A stretch of DNA of 64,000 bases from Planctomycetota bacterium. GTDB taxonomy: Bacteria; Planctomycetota; Planctomycetia; Pirellulales; Lacipirellulaceae. The stretch covers positions 15,161-79,160 of the forward strand of contig JBCCXZ010000010.1 in assembly GCA_039190745.1 (NCBI GenBank), given 5' to 3'. This document shows positions 18,175 through 29,443 of this stretch, one piece after another. The notes beneath the pieces were generated by a model, which worked only from the letters and a program-made list of their open reading frames with translations, was not told where the DNA came from and ran no database searches. The position numbers and the translations under genes were made by a program. Numbering within the stretch: the first letter of the stretch is position 1; each line of letters starts with the position of its first letter.

Positions 18175-19734
18175 TCAGTACTTCCCGGTGTGCTCGATCA
18201 TCGGCCAGTACTCCTGGAAGTCGAATTCCGGGCTGTTGTCGATGTCGTGGCACTCCAGGCAGTTCTTGACCGAGGGGCCGAGCACCTCGCCGCGGGCCTT
18301 GTTGTTGCCCTCGTTCTCGACCAGTTCCATGTGCATCTCGGCGCGGAGGGCCTCGATCTGCTCGTCGGTGTAGTCGCCCTCGCCGTTTTCGGCGGCGACG
18401 TGCGCGGCGCCGGGGCCGTGGCAGTTCTCGCAGCCGTTCTGCAGCATCAGCGGGGTCGCTTCCAAGCCAAGGTAGCCCGAGTCGTAGGGGAAGTAGCCCT
18501 GCGGGTCCCAGCCCACGACGTGGCAGCTGAGGCACTCGGGGTCGTAGTGCCGCGGCGGGTCGAGTTCCACTAGCGTCTCGGTGGCGTGGGCGTGGGGCGT
18601 GCCCTCGAAGACGGCCATCGCCTCGGTATGGCAGTCGGCACAAGCGGCCGTGCCGGCGAACTCGCCTTTGGGGTGCGCCATGCCTTGCCCGCTGGCGCCG
18701 AGCAGTCCGAGCCCGCTGAGGCCGAGCGTCTCGACCTCGCGTTGGTACTCGATCAGCATCTGGTGCATCTCGGGCGAGTCGCTGTAACGGTGGTCGAGCG
18801 GAGCCTTTTGGTACTCGAAGGGTTGGCCTTTGCCGTAAAGCCCGAGCACGATGGCGTACATGCCCTTGTGGCCGGTTTCGATGAGTTGGGACTTCGTGCC
18901 CTCGATGGGCCGCGCGGCGTTGGCCGGTTCCTCGGCTCCGCCGGTCGTGACGACAAAGTCGAACTGCGGGAACCGCTTGGCGAGGGCGACCGCTTCTTCG
19001 CGGGTGGTGTGGGCCAGCAGCACCTGGTAGTCGCACCGCTGCCGCTTGAGCTGGGAGGCGGCTTGCCGGAGGCCGGCGGCGGGGTCGGTCCACTCGATCT
19101 CGGCGGAGTTGGCGAGGTCTTCCTGGTGCTCGGAGCCCAGCACCGACGTGACGCCCACGCGTAAGCCCCCCTGTTCAAGCACGCGGTACCGGCGGGTGAA
19201 GCCGTTGTCGAACCCGAACACGCCGACGTTGGCGGAGATGAGCGGGTTGGTCTCGGGGTCGAGGTTCGCGATGGCGTAGAGAACCGCGTCGGCGCTGAGC
19301 AGAAGCTCGCGACCGCCCACGCCGATGGCCGCGTAACCGATGTCGACCAGCGCATCGAGGCCGTAGCGGTACTTCATCTCGGCCTGGGGGCCGATGCGGC
19401 GGACCATGCCGCCGGCGTCGAGCGCCAGAAGGGGCCACTTCCGCTTGTCGCGGAGTTCACGGATCAGGGTGTGGCGCCGCTTGAGGCCGCCCTTCTGGTT
19501 GTCCAGGCCGGCGCAGCCGCAGGGTTCGAGGTAGCCGTTCATGCGGCCTGTGAAGAGCAACGCAAGCTTTGGCTTCTTCCAGTCGACGAAGACCGGGCCG
19601 TTCTTGTCGAGCGCGTCGGCGATCGCCGCGTCGTCGGCGACCTGCAAGCCGGAGGGCCCGCTGCGGACGATCGAGGAGAAAAGCGTGAGGGCAACGAGAA
19701 CGCCCGCCAGAGGCATGACTGCGCGGAGCTTCAT
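18175..19734 (-). CDS. Multiheme cytochrome c (c554-like, 4 CxxCH) fused to a 5'-nucleotidase-like domain
   Basis: CADCH, CLSCH, CENCH, CLECH; N-terminal GYLEPCGC...GGLKRR...LDAGG; N-terminal hydrophobic segment. Confidence 0.85.
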   Translation of the reverse strand: MKLRAVMPLAGVLVALTLFSSIVRSGPSGLQVADDAAIADALDKNGPVFVDWKKPKLALLFTGRMNGYLEPCGCAGLDNQKGGLKRRHTLIRELRDKRKWPLLALDAGGMVRRIGPQAEMKYRYGLDALVDIGYAAIGVGGRELLLSADAVLYAIANLDPETNPLISANVGVFGFDNGFTRRYRVLEQGGLRVGVTSVLGSEHQEDLANSAEIEWTDPAAGLRQAASQLKRQRCDYQVLLAHTTREEAVALAKRFPQFDFVVTTGGAEEPANAARPIEGTKSQLIETGHKGMYAIVLGLYGKGQPFEYQKAPLDHRYSDSPEMHQMLIEYQREVETLGLSGLGLLGASGQGMAHPKGEFAGTAACADCHTEAMAVFEGTPHAHATETLVELDPPRHYDPECLSCHVVGWDPQGYFPYDSGYLGLEATPLMLQNGCENCHGPGAAHVAAENGEGDYTDEQIEALRAEMHMELVENEGNNKARGEVLGPSVKNCLECHDIDNSPEFDFQEYWPMIEHTGKY

Positions 19735-19909
19735 GGGTCGGTTAGCCCGGGCTGAAGTCGGACGTGGGTGCGGGTCGAGGAGGCGTGAGTCGCGCCGTAA
19801 CCTCTGACACGTAGCCTCTGACAGTTGTCTCTGAGAAAACAACGCTCACAAGAATCCTATCGGCTCGGGATGGGGCCGGCCAGCACAGTTGCTCCCCACA
19901 CAGAGCAGC

Positions 19910-21070
19910 CTAGGGCTGCACCGCGACCCGCACTCCGAGACGGACTTCCGAAGTATTCGGGAGGTTGGTCCCCAAGACGATCTCGGCGAGGTCGCTCGCG
20001 GGGCCCCCGGAGCGGGTGAAAGGAGCCGTCCCCGGGGGGATGGTCACGGTGAGCGGCACGCGGAAGAGGCCCTCGACGATCTCGTCCCCTTGGCCGACTT
20101 CGACCTTCATGGCCGGCGGGTCGACCCTCTCGACTGTAAACTCGGCGGACGAGGCTTTTTCTCCACGCACGTTCAAGTGGAGTTCCGCAACGCCGCCCTC
20201 GCTGCTGCGGAGAGTGCCGAGTGCCAGCAACGCCAGCCGTTCGTTCCAGCCCCGGCCGAAGACCGAGACGTCGCCCACGACGCGCCCGGAGAGCGGGATG
20301 CTGAGATTCGCCGCTTGGGCGAGGCTCGTCTCGAGGTTGAGCGACCCGTAGAACGGGCCGATCGAGTCGCCCCCGCTGACAGTGGCGGTGATCTTGAGTG
20401 CGGCCCGGACGCCTTCGATACCGATTTCTTCAGGGTCGAAGTCCTCGAACGAGACCTCGGCGTTACCCTCAACGGTTTCGCCGATGAACTCGTGGGAGAG
20501 GACCTTGATCTCATCCTCGACGAAGGACATGAGATAGACGCTGTCGTCGGCGGAGTCTCCGGTCCGGACCGTGCCGAAGCCGAAGTTGTTGGGCCTCAGC
20601 GCGGTCGACTCAACGACTGTGCCCTCGACGTTGAGATCGAACCGCGACCTGAAGGGGTCGCTCGTCACAAGCGTGGCTCCGTGGCGGAACGGGCCGGGGC
20701 CGGTCTTGGCGGTCCACTCGAGTTCGACGGTAGTTTCGTCCCCGGGCTCGATGGTCTCGGTCTCCCCCTCGGCAAGGTTGCCGACGGTGCACTTGCATGT
20801 GGTCGCGGTGACCTGCAACTTGAGGGGCGCCGATCCGGTGTTCTGAACGATGAACGAGTGCTTGAGCGAGGTGTTCTGCTCCATCGTGCCGAAGTTGTAG
20901 ACCGTCTCCGGAACAACGGCGACGGGCAGTTCCTCGGGCGTTTCCTGTTGAGGCTCAACGGCCTCCGGTGCTTCGGGCTTCGGGAGGCGGGTCTGGTAGA
21001 CGCCGATCGAGGCGCCAACGGCGGCGCCCGCTGCTGCTGAGAGTGCGAGGATGAGCAGAACGCTTTTCAT
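19910..21070 (-). CDS. DUF1573 domain protein (Ig-like repeats)
   Basis: YNFGTM...HSFIVQNTGSAPLKL...TTCKCT...IEPGD; N-terminal membrane anchor. Confidence 0.85.
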   Translation of the reverse strand: MKSVLLILALSAAAGAAVGASIGVYQTRLPKPEAPEAVEPQQETPEELPVAVVPETVYNFGTMEQNTSLKHSFIVQNTGSAPLKLQVTATTCKCTVGNLAEGETETIEPGDETTVELEWTAKTGPGPFRHGATLVTSDPFRSRFDLNVEGTVVESTALRPNNFGFGTVRTGDSADDSVYLMSFVEDEIKVLSHEFIGETVEGNAEVSFEDFDPEEIGIEGVRAALKITATVSGGDSIGPFYGSLNLETSLAQAANLSIPLSGRVVGDVSVFGRGWNERLALLALGTLRSSEGGVAELHLNVRGEKASSAEFTVERVDPPAMKVEVGQGDEIVEGLFRVPLTVTIPPGTAPFTRSGGPASDLAEIVLGTNLPNTSEVRLGVRVAVQP

Positions 21071-21169
21071 ATTTTGCTTGCGCAAGAGTATCAGTGGTTC
21101 GTAGCAGTACTGCGAAAAGCCCAGTCTAGGTAGCGACCAGGAGCACGGTCAAACCGATCGCGCAGTCGA

Positions 21170-22675
21170 CTAATACGCCCGGGCGAACACGCCTCGGCGG
21201 GTACTCGGCTGGCAGGTGAAGAGGCACTCGCCGGGGTCGTCCTCCGCGTCGAGAGGCACGCAGCGGGCGGTCACTTTCAGCTCTTTGAGCTTCCCCTCAA
21301 TCTCGGGCGTGTCGACGAAACGGCAGTACGCCAGCCCGCCGGGGGAGCCCTCGGCGAAGAACTCCTCGAACTCGCCGAGCGAATCGATCGTCACCGTGGC
21401 GTCGGTGCGGGCCTGGGCGGCGCGGTCGAACAAGCCCTGCTGGATCTCCGCGAGTGTCGACGCGATGTTGGCCACGAACTCGTCGCGGGCGACGCCCTGC
21501 CCTTTCCCGCCGACGTCGCGGCGGGCGACAAACGCCTTTCCCTCGCCCACGTCGCGGGGGCCGACCTCCACCCGCAGCGGCACGCCGCGTTTGACCCACT
21601 GCCATTTCTTCTCGCCGCCGCGGATGTCGCGGTCGTCGATCCGGACCCGCACGGCGGCTTTGTTGTAGGTTTGCGTTTCCAGTTCGGCCTTCAGTTTCTC
21701 GACGTAGGGCATCACCTGCCCGCGTTCGTCGTCGTTGCGGTAGATGGGGAGCAGCACCGCGTGCGCCGGGGCCAGCTTAGGCGGCAACACCAGGCCGTCG
21801 TCGTCGCTGTGCGTCATGATCAGCCCGCCGACGAGCCGCGTGGAGACGCCCCACGAGGTGGTCCAGGCGTAGACCTCTTCGCCCTTGTCGTCCTGGAACT
21901 TGATCTCCTGAGCCTTCGCAAAGTTTTGCCCCAGGAAGTGCGAGGTGCCCGCCTGCAGCGCTTTGCGGTCCTGCATCATCGCCTCGATGCTGTACGTGGC
22001 CACGGCGCCGGGGAACCGCTCGCCACTGGTCTTTTCGCCTTTGATGACCGGCATGGCCATGTCGCCCTCGGCGAACTCGGCGTAGACGTCGAGCATCTGC
22101 CGCGTCTCTTCTTGAGCCTCCTCGGCCGTGGCGTGCACGGTGTGGCCTTCTTGCCAGAGGAACTCAGCGGTCCGCAGGAACATCCGCGTCCGCAGCTCCC
22201 AGCGGACGACGTTCGCCCACTGGTTGATCAGGATCGGCAGGTCGCGGTACGACTCGACCCAACGTGAGAAGGTGGCGCCGATGATGGTCTCGCTCGTGGG
22301 GCGGACGATCAGCGGCTCCTCGAGCTTGGCGTTGGCCGCCGGCCGCAGGCCGCCCTCGGGGTCGGGCTCCAGCCGGTGGTGCGTCACCACGGCGCACTCC
22401 TTGGCGAACCCCTCGACGTGCTCGGCCTCTTTCTCAAGAAAGCTCATCGGGATGAACAGCGGGAAGTAGGCGTTCTCGTGCCCCGTGGCCTTGAACATGT
22501 CGTCCAGCCGCCGCTGGATGTTCTCCCAGATGGCGTAGCCCCAAGGCTTGATGACCATGCAGCCGCGGACGTCGGAGGTCTCTGCCAGGTCGGCTGCCTT
22601 GACCACCTGTTGGTACCACTCGGGGTAGTTCTCGGCGCGGGTCGGTGAAATCGCGTTCTTGGGGGGCTTGGCCAT
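21170..22675 (-). CDS. proS: Proline--tRNA ligase (archaeal/eukaryote-like type)
   Basis: VRGCMVIKPWG, RPTSET, EFLWQEGHT, LQAGTSHFLGQNF, SWGVSTR, C-terminal FARAY. Confidence 0.97.
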   Translation of the reverse strand: MAKPPKNAISPTRAENYPEWYQQVVKAADLAETSDVRGCMVIKPWGYAIWENIQRRLDDMFKATGHENAYFPLFIPMSFLEKEAEHVEGFAKECAVVTHHRLEPDPEGGLRPAANAKLEEPLIVRPTSETIIGATFSRWVESYRDLPILINQWANVVRWELRTRMFLRTAEFLWQEGHTVHATAEEAQEETRQMLDVYAEFAEGDMAMPVIKGEKTSGERFPGAVATYSIEAMMQDRKALQAGTSHFLGQNFAKAQEIKFQDDKGEEVYAWTTSWGVSTRLVGGLIMTHSDDDGLVLPPKLAPAHAVLLPIYRNDDERGQVMPYVEKLKAELETQTYNKAAVRVRIDDRDIRGGEKKWQWVKRGVPLRVEVGPRDVGEGKAFVARRDVGGKGQGVARDEFVANIASTLAEIQQGLFDRAAQARTDATVTIDSLGEFEEFFAEGSPGGLAYCRFVDTPEIEGKLKELKVTARCVPLDAEDDPGECLFTCQPSTRRGVFARAY

Positions 22676-22868
22676 GGCGGGCTGCGTCAGCTTGCTGGTG
22701 GTTTGCGGGGAAGCGTGAACGCGGCATTCTAGAGAATGGGCCGCCTGCGCGGAATCGCTCCTGAAGGAGGGGCCCGCGGAAGCGGTTTGGTTTTGGTAGG
22801 ATGCTCGGTTTCCACAGCCGCCAGCGACGCGTAGCGTCGCGGCTATTCTCTACTCTCATCCTGTTGCC

Positions 22869-23843
22869 ATGCCCTCCACCGAACGCAAATTCGTCAGCCA
22901 GCTCGGCCAGAACGAGCCGATCGACCAGGTCTTCATCGCCTCGGAGAAGCAGCTGCGGCCCAACCGCAACGGCAACCTCTACCTGCAGGTGGACCTCACC
23001 GACCGCAGCGGCTCGATCCAGACCCGCATGTGGAACGCCAGCGAGGACGACTACAAGGCGTTCGAGAACGGCGACTACGTGCACGTCGACGGCGCAACGC
23101 AGCTGTTCCAGGGCAACATCCAGCTGATCGCCAACCGCATCCGCCGGGCCCGGCCGGACGAGGTCGACGAATCCGACTTCGTCACGCTGCAGACCGAAGA
23201 CGTGGCGAAGATGCGCGGGCGGCTGGAAGCAATCCTCGGCGGCATCCAGTCGCAACCCATCGCCCGGCTGGCGAAGGCCTTCACCGGCGACGACGCCTTC
23301 ATGAGCAAGTTCTGCCGCGCCCCCGCCGGCATGAAGAACCACCACGCCTACCAGGGCGGCCTGCTGGAGCACGTGGTCTCGCTGATGGAGCTGGTACTGG
23401 TGGTGGCTCCAAAGTACCCGCAGCTCGACCAAGACAAGCTGCTGATCGGCGTGCTGCTGCACGACGCCTCGAAGGTGGACGAGCTCACCTACGACCGCGA
23501 CATCGCCTATTCCGACGAGGGGCAGCTCCTGGGCCACATGGTGATGGCGATGACGCTGCTCGACGCGAAGGTGGCCGAGACGGTGCGCTCGGACGGCCAG
23601 CCGTTCCCGCAGCGGCTGCTCACCGAGATCAAGCACATGATCGTCTCGCACCACGGCGAGTACGCGTACGGCAGCCCCAAGCTGCCGATGACGCTCGAGG
23701 CGCTCGCCCTGCACATGCTGGACAACCTCGACGCCAAGATGGCGAGCTTCACGCAGCTGATGAAAGACTGCCCGAACGTCGACAGCCCGTGGACGCAGTA
23801 CTTCTCACAGATCGGGCGGAAGCTGTACAAGCCGGAGTCTTAA
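22869..23843 (+). CDS. YhaM/CBF1-like OB-fold + HD-domain 3'-5' exoribonuclease
   Basis: LTDRSGSI OB fold; PAGMKNHHAYQGGLLEH, LLHD, SHHG, LDNLDAK. Confidence 0.9.
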   Translation: MPSTERKFVSQLGQNEPIDQVFIASEKQLRPNRNGNLYLQVDLTDRSGSIQTRMWNASEDDYKAFENGDYVHVDGATQLFQGNIQLIANRIRRARPDEVDESDFVTLQTEDVAKMRGRLEAILGGIQSQPIARLAKAFTGDDAFMSKFCRAPAGMKNHHAYQGGLLEHVVSLMELVLVVAPKYPQLDQDKLLIGVLLHDASKVDELTYDRDIAYSDEGQLLGHMVMAMTLLDAKVAETVRSDGQPFPQRLLTEIKHMIVSHHGEYAYGSPKLPMTLEALALHMLDNLDAKMASFTQLMKDCPNVDSPWTQYFSQIGRKLYKPES

Positions 23844-23888
23844 CGCGGGCTCTGATCGCCCGACTCCCAAACCCTTAGCTGGCTTTCT

Positions 23889-26192
23889 ATGCCCGACCTC
23901 GTCGACGCCATCCTCCGTCATGTGAACGACCCCAAGTACCGGCCGGTCAAGCCGCGGATTATTGCGAATAAGCTCGGCCTGCTGGCCGGCGACGACATCG
24001 CACGCGTCAAGAAAACCGTCAAAGGCTTGGTGCGTGAGGGCAAGCTCGCCTACGGTCCAAACCATTTGGTCTGCCCCATTGACCAGTCGCACCCGGCGGC
24101 GACGGTCGGCCAGCAACCGGCCAAGCGCGACCTGCCCAAGCACCTCGTCGGCACGTTCCGGCGGAACGACAACGGCTACGGCTTTGTGAAGCCCGAGGGG
24201 ACGCCCGCCGCGGTGGGCCGCGACGCCGATGTGTATATCCCCGCCAATGGAGCCGGCGACGCGGCCAGCGGCGACATCGTGCGGATCCGGCTCTCGGGCA
24301 AGAAGGGCCGCATGGGGAAGTCCGAGGGGCAGATTGTCGACGTCGTCGAGCGGGCCACCAACCGCTTCGTCGGCACCTACTTCGAGACCGGCGGCATGGG
24401 CCTGGTGCGCGTCGACGGCAAGGTTTTCGCCAACGCCGTGTACGTCGGCGACCCCGGCGCCAAGGGCGTGCAGGCGGACGACAAAGTGGTCATCGAGATG
24501 GTCCGCTTCCCCTCGCACAGCCGCGACGGCGAGGCGGTGATCTCCGAGGTGATCGGAGCCCGCGGCGAGCCCGGTGTCGACACGCTCTCGATCGTCCACG
24601 AGTACGGCCTGCCGGGCGACTTCCCCGAAGACGTGATCGAGAACTCCCGCGGCCAGGCGGAGAAGTTCGACGAGTCGATCCCCCGCGGGCGGAAGGACCT
24701 CACCGGCGAGACGGTGATCACGATCGACCCCGTCACGGCCCGCGACTTCGACGACGCGATCTCGCTGGTGAAGCTCGACAACGGCCACTGGCTGCTCGGC
24801 GTACATATTGCCGACGTGTCGCACTTCGTGCGGCCGAAGACGGCGCTCGACCGCGAGGCGAAAGACCGGGCCACGAGCGTCTACCTGCCGGACGAGGTGA
24901 TCCCCATGATGCCGGAGGTGATCTCGAACAACCTCGCCAGCCTGCAGCCCGATCGGGTGCGTTATGCGATGACGGCCCGCATCGAGTTCACGCCCGAGGG
25001 GCAGCGCGTGGGGGCCGACGCGTTCAAGAGCGCGATCAAGAGCTGCCGGCGGTTCACTTACGAGGAGGTCGACAAGTTCCTCGACGAGAAGGGGCTGGTG
25101 AAGAACAACGCCGTCCAGAAGGAGGGCGTCGCGGAGACGCTCACCCCGCCTGTCGACGGGCTGCTGCAAGACATGTTCGCGCTCGCCATGACGCTCCGCC
25201 GGCGGCGGATGGAGCGGGGGTCTCTGGAACTCTCAATGCCGGAACTGGCGATCGACCTCGACAAGGACGGCCGCGTCACCGGAGCCCATCTGGAGCAAAA
25301 CACCGAGAGCCACCAGATCATCGAGGAGTTCATGCTCGCGGCGAACGAGGCCGTCGCCGAGACGCTCGCCGAGAAGGGCCTCTTGTTCCTGCGGCGGATC
25401 CACGGCTCGCCCGACCCGCGGAAGCTCAAAGCGCTGAACGACTTCGTCCGCGAGCTCGACCTCGATGCCGACAGCCTGGAGAGTCGCTTTGCGCTGCAGA
25501 AGCTGCTGGCCGACGTGAAGGGCGACCCCCGCGAGCACGCGGTGAACTTCGCCGTGCTCCGCTCGATGCAGCGGGCCAACTACGGCCCCGACGAGCAGGG
25601 GCACTTCGCCCTGGCGAGCGACTGCTACTGCCACTTCACCTCGCCGATCCGGCGGTACCCCGACCTGACTGTGCACCGGCTGATCGACGCCCTCAACCGC
25701 GGCAAGCCGCCCGAGCAGCACGAGAGCGAGCTCTTGCAGCTAGGCGACCACTGCAGCGAGCGCGAGCAGCGAGCCACCGAGGCCGAGCGCGAGCTGAAGA
25801 AGGTGAAGCTGCTGAACTATCTCTCCGACAAGATCGGCATGGAGATGGACGGCATCGTCACGGGCGTAGAGAGCTTTGGACTGTTCATCATGGGCACCGA
25901 GCTGCCGGCCGAAGGTTTCGTGCACATCAGCGCGCTGTCGGACGACTACTACCGCTTCGAGCGCGTGGGGCACGTCATCAGCGGCCACCGTTCGGGCAAC
26001 ACCTACCGGCTGGGCGACCGCGTGCGGGTGGCGGTGGCCACCGTGGACGTCGACCGGCGGGAGCTCGACTTCCGGCTGCTCGGCAAGGAGGGCCAGGCCG
26101 CGGGTTCCGCCAAGCGGTCGCGCAAGGCCAAGGGCAAAGGCAAGCACATGAAGTCGCACGGCCGTGGCGGCAAACCGAAGCGCCGCAAATAG
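23889..26192 (+). CDS. rnr: Ribonuclease R
   Basis: GYGFV CSD, TIDPVTARDFDDAIS, HFTSPIRRYPDL, S1 domain, basic tail. Confidence 0.96.
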   Translation: MPDLVDAILRHVNDPKYRPVKPRIIANKLGLLAGDDIARVKKTVKGLVREGKLAYGPNHLVCPIDQSHPAATVGQQPAKRDLPKHLVGTFRRNDNGYGFVKPEGTPAAVGRDADVYIPANGAGDAASGDIVRIRLSGKKGRMGKSEGQIVDVVERATNRFVGTYFETGGMGLVRVDGKVFANAVYVGDPGAKGVQADDKVVIEMVRFPSHSRDGEAVISEVIGARGEPGVDTLSIVHEYGLPGDFPEDVIENSRGQAEKFDESIPRGRKDLTGETVITIDPVTARDFDDAISLVKLDNGHWLLGVHIADVSHFVRPKTALDREAKDRATSVYLPDEVIPMMPEVISNNLASLQPDRVRYAMTARIEFTPEGQRVGADAFKSAIKSCRRFTYEEVDKFLDEKGLVKNNAVQKEGVAETLTPPVDGLLQDMFALAMTLRRRRMERGSLELSMPELAIDLDKDGRVTGAHLEQNTESHQIIEEFMLAANEAVAETLAEKGLLFLRRIHGSPDPRKLKALNDFVRELDLDADSLESRFALQKLLADVKGDPREHAVNFAVLRSMQRANYGPDEQGHFALASDCYCHFTSPIRRYPDLTVHRLIDALNRGKPPEQHESELLQLGDHCSEREQRATEAERELKKVKLLNYLSDKIGMEMDGIVTGVESFGLFIMGTELPAEGFVHISALSDDYYRFERVGHVISGHRSGNTYRLGDRVRVAVATVDVDRRELDFRLLGKEGQAAGSAKRSRKAKGKGKHMKSHGRGGKPKRRK

Positions 26193-26287
26193 CCGCAGTA
26201 GTCGGACCCGCGGCCCTAGCACCGGCGTGTGGTTGCCCTAGAATCTAGGCTTCACCGCACAACCGCCCTGCCCCGCTGCTGCCCCGT

Positions 26288-27412
26288 ATGGCCGAACTCG
26301 CGAAGACCCCGCTGCACGACTGGCACGCCGCCCACGGCGGGCGGATGGTCGACTTCGCAGGGTGGTCGATGCCAGTGCAGTACACGTCGATCGTCGAAGA
26401 GCACATCGCCACCCGCACCGCGGCGGGGCTGTTTGACATCTCGCACATGGGCCGGCTGCTCGTCGGCGGCGACGACGCCGAGGGCTTTCTTGACGGCCTG
26501 TTCACCCGCCGGGTGACCGACTTGTCGCCCTCGCAGATCCGCTACTCGCTCGTCTGCAACGAGTCGGGGGGCGTGCTCGACGACGTGCTGGTATACCGGA
26601 TGACCACCAACGACACGCGCCGCGAACCGACCGGCTTCGGCCTGGTAGTCAACGCCGACAACCGTGAAAAGATCGTCGCGCACCTGAAGCAGCACGCGGA
26701 GGGCAAGGCAGTCGACCTGGAAGACATCACCCACGAGTGGGCGATGATGGCGCTGCAGGGCCCGCGGGCGATCGAGCTGCTCGATCCGCTCGTAGAGCAC
26801 GAGCTGACAAGCCTCCGCTACTACAACGGCGTGATGACCCCCTTCGCCGAAGTCGGCGGCTGCTACGTGAGCCGCACCGGGTACACCGGCGAGGACGGCT
26901 GCGAGGTGATCTGCGAGGCCGCCGCGGCGCCCACTATCTGGGAGACGCTCCATAAGGCCGCCACCGACGCGGGAGGCATGGCCGTCGGGCTCGGCGCCCG
27001 CGACACGCTGCGGCTCGAAGCGGGGATGCCGCTCTACGGGCACGAGCTGTCTGAAGAGATCAACCCCATCCAGGCAGGGCTCGCCTTCGCCGTGAACCTG
27101 AAGGACCGAACCTTCGTCGGCAGCGAAGCCATGGCCGCCGCCGGCAAGAACAAAACACAAGCCGTCCGCGTCGGCCTGCAGCTCGACGGCAAGCGGGTGG
27201 CCCGCGAAGGCAGCGTCGTGCTGCAGGGCGGCGAGCAGGTGGGCGAAGTCACCAGCGGCACGTTCTCGCCGACGCTCCAGAGGCCGCTCGCGATGGCGAT
27301 GCTCAAGCCGACCGCCGCCGCGGCCGGGACGCACCTGGCAGTCGACATCCGCGGGCAGCAGCACGACGCCCACGTAGCGCCGCTGCCCTTTTACACGCGT
27401 GGCCAAGCGTGA
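26288..27412 (+). CDS. gcvT: Glycine cleavage system T protein
   Basis: KTPLH, FAGWSMPVQY, FDISHMG, RTGYTGEDG, GLGARDTLRLEAG. Confidence 0.97.
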   Translation: MAELAKTPLHDWHAAHGGRMVDFAGWSMPVQYTSIVEEHIATRTAAGLFDISHMGRLLVGGDDAEGFLDGLFTRRVTDLSPSQIRYSLVCNESGGVLDDVLVYRMTTNDTRREPTGFGLVVNADNREKIVAHLKQHAEGKAVDLEDITHEWAMMALQGPRAIELLDPLVEHELTSLRYYNGVMTPFAEVGGCYVSRTGYTGEDGCEVICEAAAAPTIWETLHKAATDAGGMAVGLGARDTLRLEAGMPLYGHELSEEINPIQAGLAFAVNLKDRTFVGSEAMAAAGKNKTQAVRVGLQLDGKRVAREGSVVLQGGEQVGEVTSGTFSPTLQRPLAMAMLKPTAAAAGTHLAVDIRGQQHDAHVAPLPFYTRGQA

Positions 27413-27521
27413 ATGCAATCGGAGTGGCGTGGGCGGCAAGCCGGTGCGGCCGGCCGTCATTTGTTAAGCTGTAATCTTCAAGCCGGTAGAGCCAGAGGCG
27501 ACTCAGGAGGACCCCCGACCG

Positions 27522-27926
27522 ATGCCAGACGTCAAGCCAGAAGAGTTGTTGTACGCCAAGACGCACGAGTGGGTGTCGATCAGCGAGGAGGGCGGCTCCA
27601 AGGTCGCGACGCTCGGCATCTCCGCCTTCGCGGTCGAGGCACTCACCGACCTCGTGTTCATCGAGCTGCCGCAGGTCGGCAAGCAGGTCGAGAAGAGCGA
27701 GCCCTTCTGCGAGGTAGAGTCGGTCAAGGCAGTGAGCGACATCTACTCGCCGGTCGACGGCGAAGTGATCGCGGTGAACGAATCACTGCCCAACGAACTC
27801 GAGATCCTCGGCGATGACCCGTACGAAAAAGGCTGGATCGCCAAGATCAAGATCAGCGACGATTCCGGCCTGGCCGACATGCTCGACCACGCGGCCTACC
27901 AGAAGCAGTGTGAAGAGGAAAGTTAA
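27522..27926 (+). CDS. gcvH: Glycine cleavage system H protein
   Basis: THEWV, EVESVKAVSDIYSPVDG lipoyl-Lys motif, DPYEKGW. Confidence 0.97.
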   Translation: MPDVKPEELLYAKTHEWVSISEEGGSKVATLGISAFAVEALTDLVFIELPQVGKQVEKSEPFCEVESVKAVSDIYSPVDGEVIAVNESLPNELEILGDDPYEKGWIAKIKISDDSGLADMLDHAAYQKQCEEES

Positions 27927-28052
27927 ATCCGAACGGCGTAATGACAAAGCCCGAGCGGGCTGAACAGAGTCCTTCATCGCCGTCAACGAAGTCCCGCCAA
28001 CAACCCCCCGCCCGAAACATTCGGATTCCGTCATCCGGAATCCGTCGTCACT
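27927..28052. repeat. Degenerate short-period inverted repeat in gcvH-gcvPA spacer
   Basis: TCCGAACGGCGTAATGACAAAGCCCGAG ... ATTCGGATTCCGTC ATCCGGAATCCGTC GTC (14-nt period). Confidence 0.45.
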
Positions 28053-28057
28053 TTCTT

Positions 28058-29434
<1,377 letters not shown>

Positions 29435-29443
29435 AGAAACACC

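Noticed and set aside
19510..19540. Selenocysteine recoding at the EPCGC motif
   Set aside because: Both codons are TGC; no in-frame TGA.
26193..26287. Glycine riboswitch ahead of gcvT
   Set aside because: Only 95 nt of spacer and no recognisable aptamer motifs.
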